Shown: positions 1-11,528 of the stretch, piece by piece | Position numbering within the stretch: position 1 is the stretch's first letter | How the letters are laid out: the number at the start of each line of letters is the position of its first letter | Source of the DNA: Octopus sinensis | Taxonomy: Eukaryota | DNA: 64,000 nt | Direction of reading: 5' to 3' | Assembly: GCF_006345805.1 (NCBI RefSeq) | Contig: NC_042997.1 | Location: 8,618,001 to 8,682,000, forward strand | The notes under the pieces: model-generated | What the model saw: the letters and a program-made list of their open reading frames with translations, nothing else | What the model was told of the DNA's origin: nothing | The model's database searches: none | Translations under genes and position numbers: made by a program

Positions 1-212
1 GTGTGTGTGTGTGCTTGTGTGCCTGTCTTTGTACCCCCACTATCGCTTGACAACCGATGCTGGTGTGTTTACTTGCCAGTAACTTAGCAGTTCAGAAAGA
101 TATCGATAGAATAAATACTAGGCTTGCAAAGAATGAGTCCTGTGGGCAGTTTGTTCAACTAAAGGCAGGGCTCCAGCATGGCCACAGTCAAATGACTGAA
201 ACAAGTAAAAGA
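1..212 (+). mobile_element. SINE family A, 3' half (cut by window edge)
   Basis: Matches the 3' half of complete copies (cgcttgacaaccgatgctggtgtgttta...ctccagcatggccacagtcaaatgactgaaacaagtaaaaga). Confidence 0.85.
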
Positions 213-799
213 CTAAGTAAGCTATAGTGAAATACTGTTTGTACACAGAGCAACCATTGTCTGGTAAGTACAACTATTAGGCTTAATATGAGGTTTGAAA
301 GAGCTAAGTTAGTTATAGAAAGGAAATCACAAGTAAATGTAAATGGTCTCCAGATGAATTTCAAATAGGAACATAAAATCAAATAGGAATATAAGATAGC
401 TTTGGAGTGTTAAATGATGAACTGGAAGACAAAGATAGATCCATTGAATGGAAAGGAGGCTCACATTAGCTGACATTGTCTCAGGATATCAGGGAGAAAT
501 ATACTCACAAAGACACCTCAGAAAACACTCAAGTGAATGAAGAGAGGAGGAAAGGGAAAAACGATAGTGATATCCAGGAGGTGAAATATCCAGAAAACCA
601 GGATGAAAGAGGAAATATGAAAATTTGATGAACTGTTTTTAATGAATTTTAATGAACACAAAATTTAATGAATTTTAAATGATACAGACAAATAAAAGTT
701 AAAGAAATTATGTATTAGGGAAGCTGCAAAGTAATACTCCAAGCTCTGGTGGTGAGCAAATCGAAAATGATAAGAAGGGATTATGCATAGCATAGAAGA

Positions 800-1620
800 A
801 ATGTATCAGGTGTTATGCTGAAGCAAGAAACAATGAAGGGCCTTAGAAATTAATGCAGTTCATAAAGATGAAATAGCAATAAAGATGAAATATCAAGTAA
901 TGAAATTAAGATGAAATTAAGATATGAAAATTAGAAAGGCACAAGGTGAAGATTAAGTGTTCAATAATTTTGTCGAAGAAGGAGGGGACTTTGTTTGTTG
1001 GCAACTAGCAGATTTCTTCACAGAATGCATCAAATCAATTGAAATTCCAAGTGTGCTGGAACAATGCCAACATCATACTTTTATGCAAGTAAGGTGACAT
1101 TACAGATCTTTGAAACTAGAAACCTATCAGCTCCTAACTTATATAAATTATATGCCAAAGTGCTCACAAATCACATCAATATTGCCTTTGGCATCCATCA
1201 ACCAAGGGAACAAGTAGGGTTCAGAAATGGGTTTACAACAAATGACCACATACAGGTCATGAACCAAGTTATTCGGAAATATAGAGAACATAAACAACTA
1301 TTGTGTGTAGGCTTTATTGATTATGAGAAAGCTTTCAATAAACTTGAAAGTCAGCTGCGCTTGTAGCTTTTATTGATCAGGAAATGCATCAAACATACTT
1401 GCAGATTATTAAGAAAACCTGTAGCCTAGAAATATCATCTAAGACTTCACACTGAAATCAAGAAGATCAGTATTAAAAAGGGAGTAAGACAAGTGGATAT
1501 AACAGCACCCAAACACTTTAAGACTGTGCTGAAAAGCATTTTTAAAATGTTTAATTGGAATGGAAAGATTAATTGGAACATAAATAGTGAATCTTTAAGA
1601 TGTCATGCTTTGCATGCACT
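800..1620 (+). mobile_element. Degenerate RTE-clade LINE, reverse transcriptase region
   Basis: ORF 1064-1366 reads LYKLYAKVLTN..QPREQVGFRNGFTTNDHI..FIDYEKAFN; a KKGVRQVDITAPK-like motif follows near 1475-1515; multiple stops and frameshifts. Confidence 0.85.
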
Positions 1621-2347
1621 TTGCATAATCCTTGTATAAGTCAGACATTTCTTCAGGAAAATAGGATAAGCTGTGGCTGTGTCTAGTCAACTTGTGATAC
1701 TTGTAATACTTCAATTGTAAAGGCCAAATGTAGGAGTTCAATTTAACACCATAATAAAAAGCACTAACAAAATTACAAACATATTTTTTTAACTGGCAAA
1801 AAATAAAAGAATATACCAGAAATAAGGTGGAATGAGTGATATGACATTCTGCCCAATGAGAAACTAAAAAGGAATCTATACTTGGGAGTGCAAATTATAT
1901 TCAAAAGGATTTATTGTAACTTGTGTTACAACCCAAGCATCAAAGTTTTCTGTAGATTCTAAATTCAATAACACAGGATAGCTTTGTCTGAGGAGACATA
2001 ATGAAGTTGAAACACTGGTGTCTCAGAGTCTTCTTACACAGGTGAATCATGTGTTATGAATACAGTGTCTAAAGGAAGGAGGTGTTCTCTGATAATGAAA
2101 ATCACAAGCATATAATGACTTTTGAAATAGCCAGAGTGATTTGGTTGGTTATTATGCTTTTGGACCTGAAATTGGTGATGGTGTATTGACAAGAGTTTTG
2201 GGCAATCATACTGAGAATGAAAATTTTCTAGGTCCTTGCTGTGCATTAAAAACATATTTAAATATTCTATGTTATATATATGTGTAATGTAGTTGGTGAT
2301 AGTTTGTATCAAATTTTATCTATTTTGCAATCACATTGTGGTTTTCA

Positions 2348-2349
<2 letters not shown>

Positions 2350-2391
<42 letters not shown>

Positions 2392-2449
2392 TATGTGTGT
2401 ATGTGCGTGTGCACGTGCATGCCTGTGTGTGTATGTAGAGAGAGAGAGA
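2350..2449. repeat. (TG)n/(AG)n compound microsatellite
   Basis: Direct reading. Confidence 0.95.
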
Positions 2450-2478
2450 CAATTATGCAGATAAGCAAATTAGATATA

Positions 2479-2694
2479 TTCCTTTCTGCTCTAGGCACAA
2501 GGCTTGAAATTTTGGTGGGAGGGGGCTAGTCAATTAGATTGACCCCAGTACACAACTAGTACTTAATTTATCAACCCCGAAACGATGAAAGGCAAAGTCA
2601 ACCTCAGCGGAATTTGGACTCAGAATGTAGACAGACGAAATACTGCTACGCATTTCACCCAGTGTGCTAACATTTCTGCCAGCTCTGCCACCTT
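2479..2694 (-). mobile_element. SINE family B
   Basis: Reverse complement of ggcagagctggcagaa...ctgagtccaaattccgctgaggttgactttgcctttcatc...gggttgataaattaagtac; imperfect TSD aa(g/a)caaatta(g/t)atat on both sides. Confidence 0.85.
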
Positions 2695-2857
2695 AAACAA
2701 ATTATATATGATTTGCTTATCTGAATAATTGCCTCTGTATCTGCTCAATTTGATCCCTCTTATAGCCATTCTTTACCCCATGGAAGTGATCCCTTGTAAA
2801 GACATCAGAGCATAAGTTTGAATCATTTGACCTCTACTAAGTGTCCTTTATGTGTGT

Positions 2858-3170
2858 CATCACCATCATCATCATCATTGTTTAACGTCCATTTTCCATG
2901 CTAGCATGGGTTGGACGGTTCAACTGGGGTCTGGGAAGCCAGTAGGCTGCGCCAGGCCCAGTCTGATTTGGCAGTGTTTCTACAGCTGGATGCCCTTCCT
3001 AATGCCAACCACTCCGTGAGTGTAGTGGGTGCTTTTTACGTGCCACCTGCACAGGTGCCAGATGAGGCTGGTAAACGGCCACGCTCGGATGGTGCTTTTT
3101 ACGTGCCACCGGCATGGGAGCCAGACGAGGCTGGCAACGGCCACAATCGGATGGTGCTTTTTACGTGCCC
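2858..3170 (-). mobile_element. RTE LINE 3'UTR fragment with (GAT)n tail
   Basis: (CAT)n + gtttaacgtcc..ttccatgctagcatgggttggacg...ggatgcccttcctaatgccaacc; matches the 3' end of the RTE at 13286-14618. Confidence 0.85.
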
Positions 3171-3185
3171 CCAAAAAAGGAAGTA

Positions 3186-3913
3186 GAGTGCAACTGACAA
3201 CAATAAAAAGATGGACAGTAAAAACAAGGATGGGTCATTTTCAGCCTCTTCTCGTCAGTCAAGTTACCAAATTAGCCTTACAGTTTTGGATAGTTACACT
3301 TGAGACTGTTCAAATCTGGCCACCCCAAAAATCTAAACTAAGAGCATTAAATTTTGGAGGAGAAAACAAGCAAGTGTGTACAACAACAAAGAAAAAAAAT
3401 GGAGAATATATTACACAATTACAAATACAAACAACAAGAAAATAACAACAGATGTCTCTTGATTAATAAGGACGAATCAAGTTGAGTTGGCATGTGTAGA
3501 TTGAAAACTTTGAGGCAGGCTCATAGGAGATGAACATGAGAGATGAAAGTCAAGAGACAGGAATATGAGATGCTTCATAGCCGACAGTTAAGCTGAGAAA
3601 GATCATGCCTACCTGAAAACTGGTCATGTGGAATGAAAAGAGAGAGGTAGGGCAGAGGGATTGAAGGATTAGGAGAAGAATGAGAAAGCGAGGAAATCAA
3701 AGTGATATAGAGTGAGGTACAAGGAAGATAAAAGAAGAGGAAAGGTAGGAATTAAAGAAAGAGACGGCTAAGAAATGTGAGAGAGGGGGAGCTAGAGAAA
3801 GAAAAGAGGAAAAAAGAAGAAAGTATGAGGGAACTAAAAGAAAGAGTAAAAGCATCATACAGACCCATCCTTGTTTTTTCCTGTCTGTCATTTTATTGTC
3901 ATCTGTTGCATTC
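3186..3913. repeat. Unclassified element bounded by ~50-bp inverted repeats
   Basis: 3186-3236 (..aaaaacaaggatgggtc) is the reverse complement of 3862-3913 (gacccatccttgtttttt..). Confidence 0.55.
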
Positions 3914-3985
3914 TTGTCCCATTGTTTGGATTTATATATATACATATAGTGGCATACATACACTTTTGCTCCCCTTGTAAGTAAC

Positions 3986-3999
3986 TATATATATATACA

Positions 4000-4093
<94 letters not shown>

Positions 4094-4136
4094 GTATATA
4101 TGTGTGTGTGTATATATATGTATATATATATATATA
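3986..4136. repeat. (TA)n/(TATG)n microsatellite
   Basis: Direct reading. Confidence 0.95.
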
Positions 4137-4530
4137 TTCTTTTATTCTTTTATTTGTTACAGTTATTTGATTGCAGCCATGCAGAAATATCGCCCTTAGT
4201 TTAAGAAATCGACCCTGGGACTTATTCTTTGTAAGCCTAGTACTTATTTTATCAGTTTCTTTTGCTGGACCACTAAGTTATGGGGACGTAAACACACCAA
4301 AATCGGTTGTCAAGTGATGGTGAGGGGGCAAACACAGACACGCAAACATATATATATATATATGAAGGATGGGCTTCTTTCAGTTTCCATCAACCTAATC
4401 TACTCACTGGGCTTTGGTCAGCCTGAGGCTATGGTAGAAGACACTTGCCCAAGGTGCCATGCAGTGAGACTGAACTCAGAACCATGTGGTTGGTAAGCAA
4501 GCTTCTTACCACACAGCCACTCCTGCACCT
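4137..4530 (-). mobile_element. SINE family A (tRNA-like head, internal microsatellite)
   Basis: Reverse complement of ggtgcaggagtggctgtgtggtaagaagcttgcttaccaaccacatggttctgagttcagtc; A/B-box-like head. Confidence 0.9.
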
Positions 4531-5479
4531 ATAACCATACTTGCCTATGTATATATGTTTGCATGTGTTTATAGATATACATGCATACATATATATGTAT
4601 GTGTATATACATATATATATATATATATATATGCACACATGTACACACACACACACACAAACATGTAATGCATGGAGAATTATAATTAGTGAGTAAACAA
4701 GAAAAGGTAATAACATTATAAGAATATATTTCATCTTTGCCCTGAATAGCTAGCATTCCATTAAATATTTTGTACTTAACTTCGTTGCATACTAGCATAC
4801 TTTAATCATTCATTTACTTCACAAATATCGAAATACAAGGATAACATTTTAATCTGTTGGTAAGTACAGCTGAATCCCTTATTTACGAGCAGGAACACAT
4901 AATATTGTTACTATACATTATTACTGCACTACACAGAAGTAGAGCAGATAACTGCAAAGTGATGCATTATATTATAGATATATAACTTAATAAATTTCTG
5001 AACATGTTTTATAACATCAGAAAATGTATTTTATATAATTCAAATAAGCAAGAGATGGTGTGTACAAGCTAGGGTAGCAAGAGAGTGTTATTTATTTTAT
5101 CACTGCTTGTGATGAAATTTAATAAAATGTGTTTTACATGTAATTAAATCAATAAGCTAGAAATTATTAAATATAGAGAATTAGGAGTTCATTAACATGG
5201 ATTTAATTTGTTAAGAGTTACCAAAAGATTTGTTTACATGTAGTTTATTAGTTTTATTTCAGTGAAAAATATGATGATTAATTTTGGATATTTGGGCAGA
5301 AATATCGTTCATGCATATTTAAGCATCATGTCACAGACAGTAATAAGCATAGCCTGAAATTTTTATGTCAGGCAGGAACTGAACCAAGCATATTGCATGT
5401 AAAATGGGATGAAAGATGTCTACGAGTGCAGTTTTTACAGGATTTATGTGGTAGTTTCTCTTCTTGAATTATGCGTATG

Positions 5480-5635
5480 TGCCTAAACAAATGTTAAATG
5501 AACTGAACAGTGCAAGCAACAAGACAGGATTAAAAATAAGTATGAAGGAAACACAGTTCATGTTTCATAGCCATTCAACAGATGAAGTCATCATGATACT
5601 ATAATACGAACTGACAAATAGATTCATCTTGAACA
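5480..5635 (+). mobile_element. RTE relic, end of RT domain
   Basis: Translates KQMLNELNSASNKTGLKISMKETQFMF, typical of the post-YADD segment of LINE RTs. Confidence 0.65.
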
Positions 5636-5638
5636 GTT

Positions 5639-6025
5639 AGGCATAGTAGTGGCTGTGTGGTAAGTAGCTTGTTTAGGAACCACATGGTTCCGGGTTCAGT
5701 CCCACTGCGTGGTACCTTGGACAAGTGTCTTCTACTTTAGCCTCAGGTCGACCAAAGCCTTGTGAGTGGATTTGGTAGGCAGAAACTGAATATATGTATA
5801 TGTGTGTGTGTGTGTGTCTGTATGTTTGTGTGTCTGTGTTTGTATCCCCAACATCGCTTGACAACCAATGCTGGTGTATTCATGTCACCGTAACTTAGTG
5901 GTTCGGCAAAAGCGACTGATAGAATAAGTACTAGGCTTAGAAAGAATAAGTCCTGTGGTCGATTTGCTCGACTAAAGGTGGTGCTCCAACATAGCCACAG
6001 TCAAATGTCTGAAACAAGTAAAAGA
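5639..6025 (+). mobile_element. SINE family A
   Basis: gtggctgtgtggtaagtagcttg...ggttccgggttcagtcccactgcgtgg...gaaacaagtaaaaga. Confidence 0.9.
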
Positions 6026-6029
6026 CTTA

Positions 6030-6580
6030 GTTAATGCAGAATTCAGCCATTTACACTTAGTAAAAGGACAAATCCCAGCTGGAAGGTGTGCTTTTGATAA
6101 ATTGACATTATGAAATGTAAGATGACATGGCTTGAAACATTGTGTATTTAGTAAATCATACTAGACAATGGCTTATGCTGTAGAAACATAACCAGTGACA
6201 TGAAACATGCAACAGAAACTTGGAACAACACAAAGATGGATGGAAAGATGCATGTTAGGAATGTCTAAAAAGGGCATTAAAACTTATCGATGAATAAGAG
6301 ATCAAAGAGACGTACAAGATATCACAAGACATATTAAGAAGATGAAATAGAGGTGAGCAAATGGAACAGGGTGAACAAAGCTGTGTACAGATTGGAGACA
6401 AATGGCAAGATTCACACAAAGAAGGAAGATGGTAAACAAGATAAAGAAATGAGGCAAGATGATTGGTATTACAGGAATAGCATAGGATAGAGCCAATATT
6501 AGCATCAGCTAGGAGTGGCCTTTTGCCTTTCAGTGAGCATACGATGACTAAGAATGATGATAAGGATAATGAAGTTGATA
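6030..6580 (+). mobile_element. RTE relic, ORF2 C-terminus and decayed (GAT)n tail
   Basis: MAYAVET..MQQKLGTTQRWMERCMLG..IRDQRDVQDITRHIKKMK resembles the RTE C-terminal YGAETW..QRAMERCMLG segment. Confidence 0.75.
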
Positions 6581-6589
6581 ATTTATATA

Positions 6590-7930
6590 TCAGGTTGAGT
6601 TCAAAGTATTTTTTGTATTTCATACTTTAATCAATAGTTCAAACAAATTACATACAAAATATGCTAATTCTTCAAAATATATTCCATCATATTTTATTAC
6701 CTGTTGCCATCATTGTGCCAGAAGCTTGGTTCCACATTTGTACCATTTCATTGGTTTAAACATGAAAAGACTCTGGATCTTTTTCATACACATCCATATT
6801 CCTGAACCTTCATCCATGCAGAAAATTAGCCATGGCTTGGAAAATATGATGATATAAAATGTCTGGACTGTAAGCAAGGTAAAAAGCACTTCCAGCTCCC
6901 TTGGTCACATTGGCAGTGTGTGCTCTAGCACTGTCATGCTGTAAGAGCACACATCTTTAATTGAGAAATGCTGGGTAGCAGGTTTTCAGAGCATCATATT
7001 CTAGCTGAAGTTGTTGAGCATAAATATTAGCATTCACTGCACGACCATCTGGGACAAGCTCAAAGTTCAACTCATCCTCAAAATTCTACCAAATGCACAT
7101 GACCTTCTGTTCAAACTGCCTTTGTGTGATAGTAGGTTCTGAAGGCTGGACAGAATGGAGCTACTGAATTTTCTTTATAAAAGTAGATCCATTTTTCTTC
7201 CCCAGTTACAAGTTGACACTAAAAATTGACATCTCAAATATTTGCCAATAGTTGTTTACAAATGTTCACACACCACTGAGCCTGGTCATTGGTCAGTTCA
7301 TGTTAAGTTTCTTGACAGCATCTATTTAAAGGACAAAGCTTATGGAAATGTTGATTGACGGCGCTATGTGAAGGGCCAGGTTATGCTGACAATGTAAGAG
7401 TGCCTGTGCTTGGCTGTTATTTGACTATTTAACCCTTTCGATAGCAACCCAGCTGAAACCGGCTCTGGCTCTGTAATTGTTTTCACAAGTTTTGAATTAA
7501 AATCTTCCACCAAACCTTCCACCACAATTTATGTTCCTAGCACTAGCTTAATGTTAACTAAGTTGTTTTACTAAATGCTTTGTTATATTTAAAATTAATT
7601 GAAAGAAACACAGAGCATCTCAAAATAAATATGGTAACAAAAGAGTTAAAGCAAAGTCTCATCTTTCATAACAGAAGGTCTTTTGACCTCAGTTTGTCTT
7701 CATGGCTGGTGACAACTTCCTTGAAACTTCAGAAGCAGTTTTATGCCACATGTTCATTGACAGGTAGTTGGCCTTTCACATCACTAATTTCTTTTACCAC
7801 CTCCAATCAGTCCTTACTTTCACAAATGGTATGCAGTGGCTCCAAGTGCAATTCTTTCATCACCCATTATTAAAGCTGTAAAATTCAGCAATGATTGGAT
7901 AACAAGTTGTATCAAATTAATGAGGTAATA
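6590..7930 (-). mobile_element. Decayed mariner transposon
   Basis: Minus strand 6820-6950 reads VLLQHDSARAHTANVTK..ELEVL..AYSPD..HIFQAMANFLHG (cf. mariner HDNARPH / YSPDLAPSDYHLF); TIR-like tcaggttgagttcaaag at 6590; right boundary approximate. Confidence 0.8.
7433..7645. mobile_element. TTAA-flanked MITE (piggyBac-like) nested in the mariner
   Basis: TTAA-ccctttcgatagc...ggtaacaaaagag-TTAA, with imperfect TIRs. Confidence 0.7.
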
Positions 7931-8033
7931 CCGAGATACATGTTGCCAAAAATTATCATTGTGTGTATGTCTACATATGTAATACATACATATACAGCAC
8001 CAGTCTAAGGAATGGAACAAGACAAGATATTTA

Positions 8034-8039
8034 TATATA

Positions 8040-8075
<36 letters not shown>

Positions 8076-8141
8076 TGTATGTATGTATGTATGTATGTAT
8101 GTATTTATGTATGTATGTATGTATGTATGTATGTATATATA
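8034..8141. repeat. (TA)n(TATG)n microsatellite
   Basis: Direct reading. Confidence 0.95.
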
Positions 8142-8147
8142 TTTTTT

Positions 8148-8527
8148 TATTCTTTTACTTGTTTCAGTCGTTTGACTGTGGCCATGTTGGAGCACCGCCT
8201 TTAGTCGAACAAATCATCCCCAGTACTTACTCTTTGTAAGCCTATTACTTATTCTATCGGTTTCTTTTGCCGAACCGCAAAGTTATAGGGACATAAGTAC
8301 ACCAGCATCGGTTGTCAAGCAATGGGGGGGGAGCAAACACAGACACACAAACATACACACACACACACACGATGGGCTTCTTTCAGTTTCCATCTATCAA
8401 ATCCGCTGACAAGGCTTTGGTCGGCCCGAGGCTATAGTAGAAGACACTTGCCCAAAGTGCCATGCAGTAGGACTGAACCCAGAACCTTGTAGCTGGGAAG
8501 CAAGCTACTTACAAACAGCCACTCCTT
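8148..8527 (-). mobile_element. SINE family A
   Basis: Full reverse-complement match to the family. Confidence 0.9.
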
Positions 8528-8796
8528 ATATATATATATATTCATGTATTGGTGCTATTATGTTAAACTGTCATTTGTCCAAATTTGGCCGAACGCATTT
8601 TTTCAGTATTTATTTTTGCCTGCAACAGCCGGTTCTTTTAGTCAAACTATTGTATCTCCAGGTGCTTCAGATGTCAAGATATCAAAAATTGGCAAAGTGT
8701 AGTACAACGGTTTTGCTATGAAATGGTGAAACTATTATTTCGTTTTGTGAAAAAGCAACATTTCAGACTTACAACACTTTTGCACACTAGTAACGG

Positions 8797-8810
8797 TATA
8801 TATATGTGTG

Positions 8811-8842
<32 letters not shown>

Positions 8843-9141
8843 TGTATCTATGTATGTATGTATGTATGTATGTATGTATGTATTTATATATTTATGTATC
8901 TATGTATGTATGTATGTATGTATATGTGTGTGTGTGTGTATGTGTGTGTATGTAAGTATACATATATATATATATTTGTCAATCTATCTACCTATCTATT
9001 TATATTTGCTTGTATTACTTTATATGCATAGAATAATTTACTATATGTTATTATGGTTGTCGTTTTGATAAATAAATAAGTTAATATTTTAATGTCCTAA
9101 AGTTGATGAACGAACTATTGTGCTTCTCCATTTTCTTATTT

Positions 9142-9185
<44 letters not shown>

Positions 9186-9260
9186 CATACATACATACAC
9201 ATGCACTCACATTCATGCATATGCAGAGTCTATGTGTGTAAATATGCATATATGTATGTG
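8797..9260. repeat. Compound TA/TATG/TG microsatellite cluster
   Basis: Direct reading. Confidence 0.9.
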
Positions 9261-10412
9261 TGTCTGTGGAGTGTGCATGCCTCTGCTTTGGCATTGCAAG
9301 ATGGTTGTAAATAAACATTATTCATTTCCAAGCTTCATTCAGAAACATATCTGGTCATGGAAATGTATTATTTTACTCTCCATAAAACGATGATGATGAT
9401 GATAATTATGTGTATGTGCGTGTGTGTGTGTGCATGTGAGTTTGTGTATGTGTGTGTGTGAGAGAGAGAGAGAAGAAATAGAGAGAGAGAGCACACTCAC
9501 GTGCGTATTAGTGCCTTTATTAAAAGACCAATTCTGAAAATATTTTTGGTCCAAACACTTAGTATCTAAATCTTCCCCACCTCCTAGCTTTATGACATCA
9601 ATACGTTTCCTCAACCCTCACTCCCTTTCTCTTTCATATTTACTATTCCACATTTAATTACGTTCTATCTAACTTCCATTTTCCTAATTTTTATTCTTCT
9701 ATGAATATATTTACTTTAATAAAATCCATTAAAATTGGAACTTACGGATGGGAAAAAATGCAATAAAGACTTCACCTACTCCTACCCACCCTCTATGTGT
9801 TCAATATTGTTTTTTAATTTTCCAGAGATGTATTTCATTATTATATTTTCTAAAATGGGATCTTAATCCATATTCATTTGGTAAGATCAATAAGACTGAA
9901 ATGTCCTGCTATTTGCTGCAAATCGTTAAATTAGCATATATCATCATCGTTTTAACAACCACTTTGTCATGCTTTGCATGGGCCAGACATTCAGGCAGAG
10001 TTTCTACCATTGGATGCCTTTCCCATCACCAACTCACCTATATTTATATATATTCATATATATATATATATATATTTATATATATGTATGTATATATATA
10101 TATAGAGAGAGAGAGGGAGTAGAGTCCACAGTGATCCATAGGTAAGAGAGGTGTAGCCGGAGGGTAAATGTCCAAAAGAGAATCCGTAAAGGGTAGATAG
10201 GTAGAAAGTCCAGTGGGGAAGTTCGTGTGTGATAAGAGATGACAGAATCAACTGGTGCGACCACGTGAGCGTGTGATATATGAGGAGAGTTCACGGAAAA
10301 AACAAAAGACAAAGATAGGTGGTGTACAAAACAAACAGATATATTAGTATAACGATCAAGAATTGAAAAAGTCTATATATATATACATATATATATATAC
10401 ACACACACACAC

Positions 10413-10450
<38 letters not shown>

Positions 10451-10620
10451 GGCGCAGGAGTGGCTGTGTGGTAAGTAGCTTGCTAACCAACCTCATGGTT
10501 CCGGGTTCAGTCCCACTGCGTGGCATTTTGGGCAAGTGTCTCTGCTCTAGCCCCGGGCCGACCAATGCCTTGTGAGTGGATTTGGTAGACGGAAACTGAA
10601 AGAAGCCTGTCGTATATATG

Positions 10621-10651
<31 letters not shown>

Positions 10652-10846
10652 GTTTGTGAGTCTGTGTTTGTCCCCCTAGCATTGCTTGACAACCGATGCC
10701 AGTGTGTTTACGTCCCCACCACTTAGCAGTTCGGCATAAGAGACCGATAGAATAAGTACTGGACTTACAAAGAATAAGTCCCGGGTGCTCCAGCATGGCC
10801 ACAGTCAAATGACTGAAACAAGTAAAAGAGTAAAAGAGTAAAGAGT
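10451..10846 (+). mobile_element. SINE family A, young copy
   Basis: CpG-retaining head ggcgcaggagtggctgtgtggtaag; (taaaagag)n tail. Confidence 0.92.
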
Positions 10847-10850
10847 ATAT

Positions 10851-11513
10851 AATTTATAAGTAAGGGCAAAATAAAAAAATTTTCTAATGCCAAAATATGC
10901 CGAAAATAGACAACATCAATAACCATGTAATTTATCACTCGGCATATTTTGGCATTAGAAAATGTTTTTTCTTTTGCCCTTACTTATAAATTGTTTATAA
11001 ATTTAACCTTTAAAGGTATTTTTTAATATGCTGGCCATTGTTAGAATTTTTTTCGAAAAATTTTATCCTACATTTGATGTTAATTTAATAGTATCCGAAT
11101 CGCACGTGTCTCGATATGGGCTGGAGAGTTTCTATTTTGGATATATTTGGGGTACTTAATTGTGCTCATGACTTAGTGCTCGCTTCTTCCATGGGTATAA
11201 GTATTTCACTTATTCCTTTTGCCGCATTTATCACTGATGAAGGGAAGGTTCTTATGAACTAACTCTGAAATCGGGTCCGATATGGTAATAACAGGATTTT
11301 GTAGGAATTTCTATCAGCTTTCTTCGAAATACGTGCTTGTTAGAGATAAATTACATGGTTATTGACGTTGTCTATTTTAGGCATATTTTGGCATTAGAAA
11401 ATTTTTTTCTTTTGCCCTTACTTAATAATTGTTTATAAATTTAACCTTTAAAGGTATTTTTTAATATGCTGGCCATTGATAGAATCTTTTTCGAAAAATT
11501 TAATCCTACATTA
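10851..11513 (+). mobile_element. Non-autonomous Penelope/retrozyme-like element (partial tandem plus inverted arm)
   Basis: 10941-11074 repeats at 11380-11513 (period 439); 10851-10938 is the reverse complement of ~11343-11431; hammerhead motif inside. Confidence 0.7.
11229..11282 (+). ncRNA. Minimal type I hammerhead ribozyme motif (possibly mutated)
   Basis: tatca-CTGATGA(11234-11240)-stem II aggg/ggttc-ttat-gaact/ctct-GAAA(11267-11270)-tcgg-GTC(11275-11277)-cgata; stem I tatc/gata. Confidence 0.65.
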
Positions 11514-11528
11514 GATATATATATATAA

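Noticed and set aside
7963-9393. Many ORFs rich in YI/CV/MYVC/HT (also at 15 kb, 44 kb, 48 kb, 52 kb and 56 kb)
   Set aside because: They are translations of stop-free microsatellites.
10115-10373. Purine-rich block that may be another Penelope-type terminal repeat (similar impression at 27300-27880)
   Set aside because: No second copy, terminus or ribozyme core is visible in this window.
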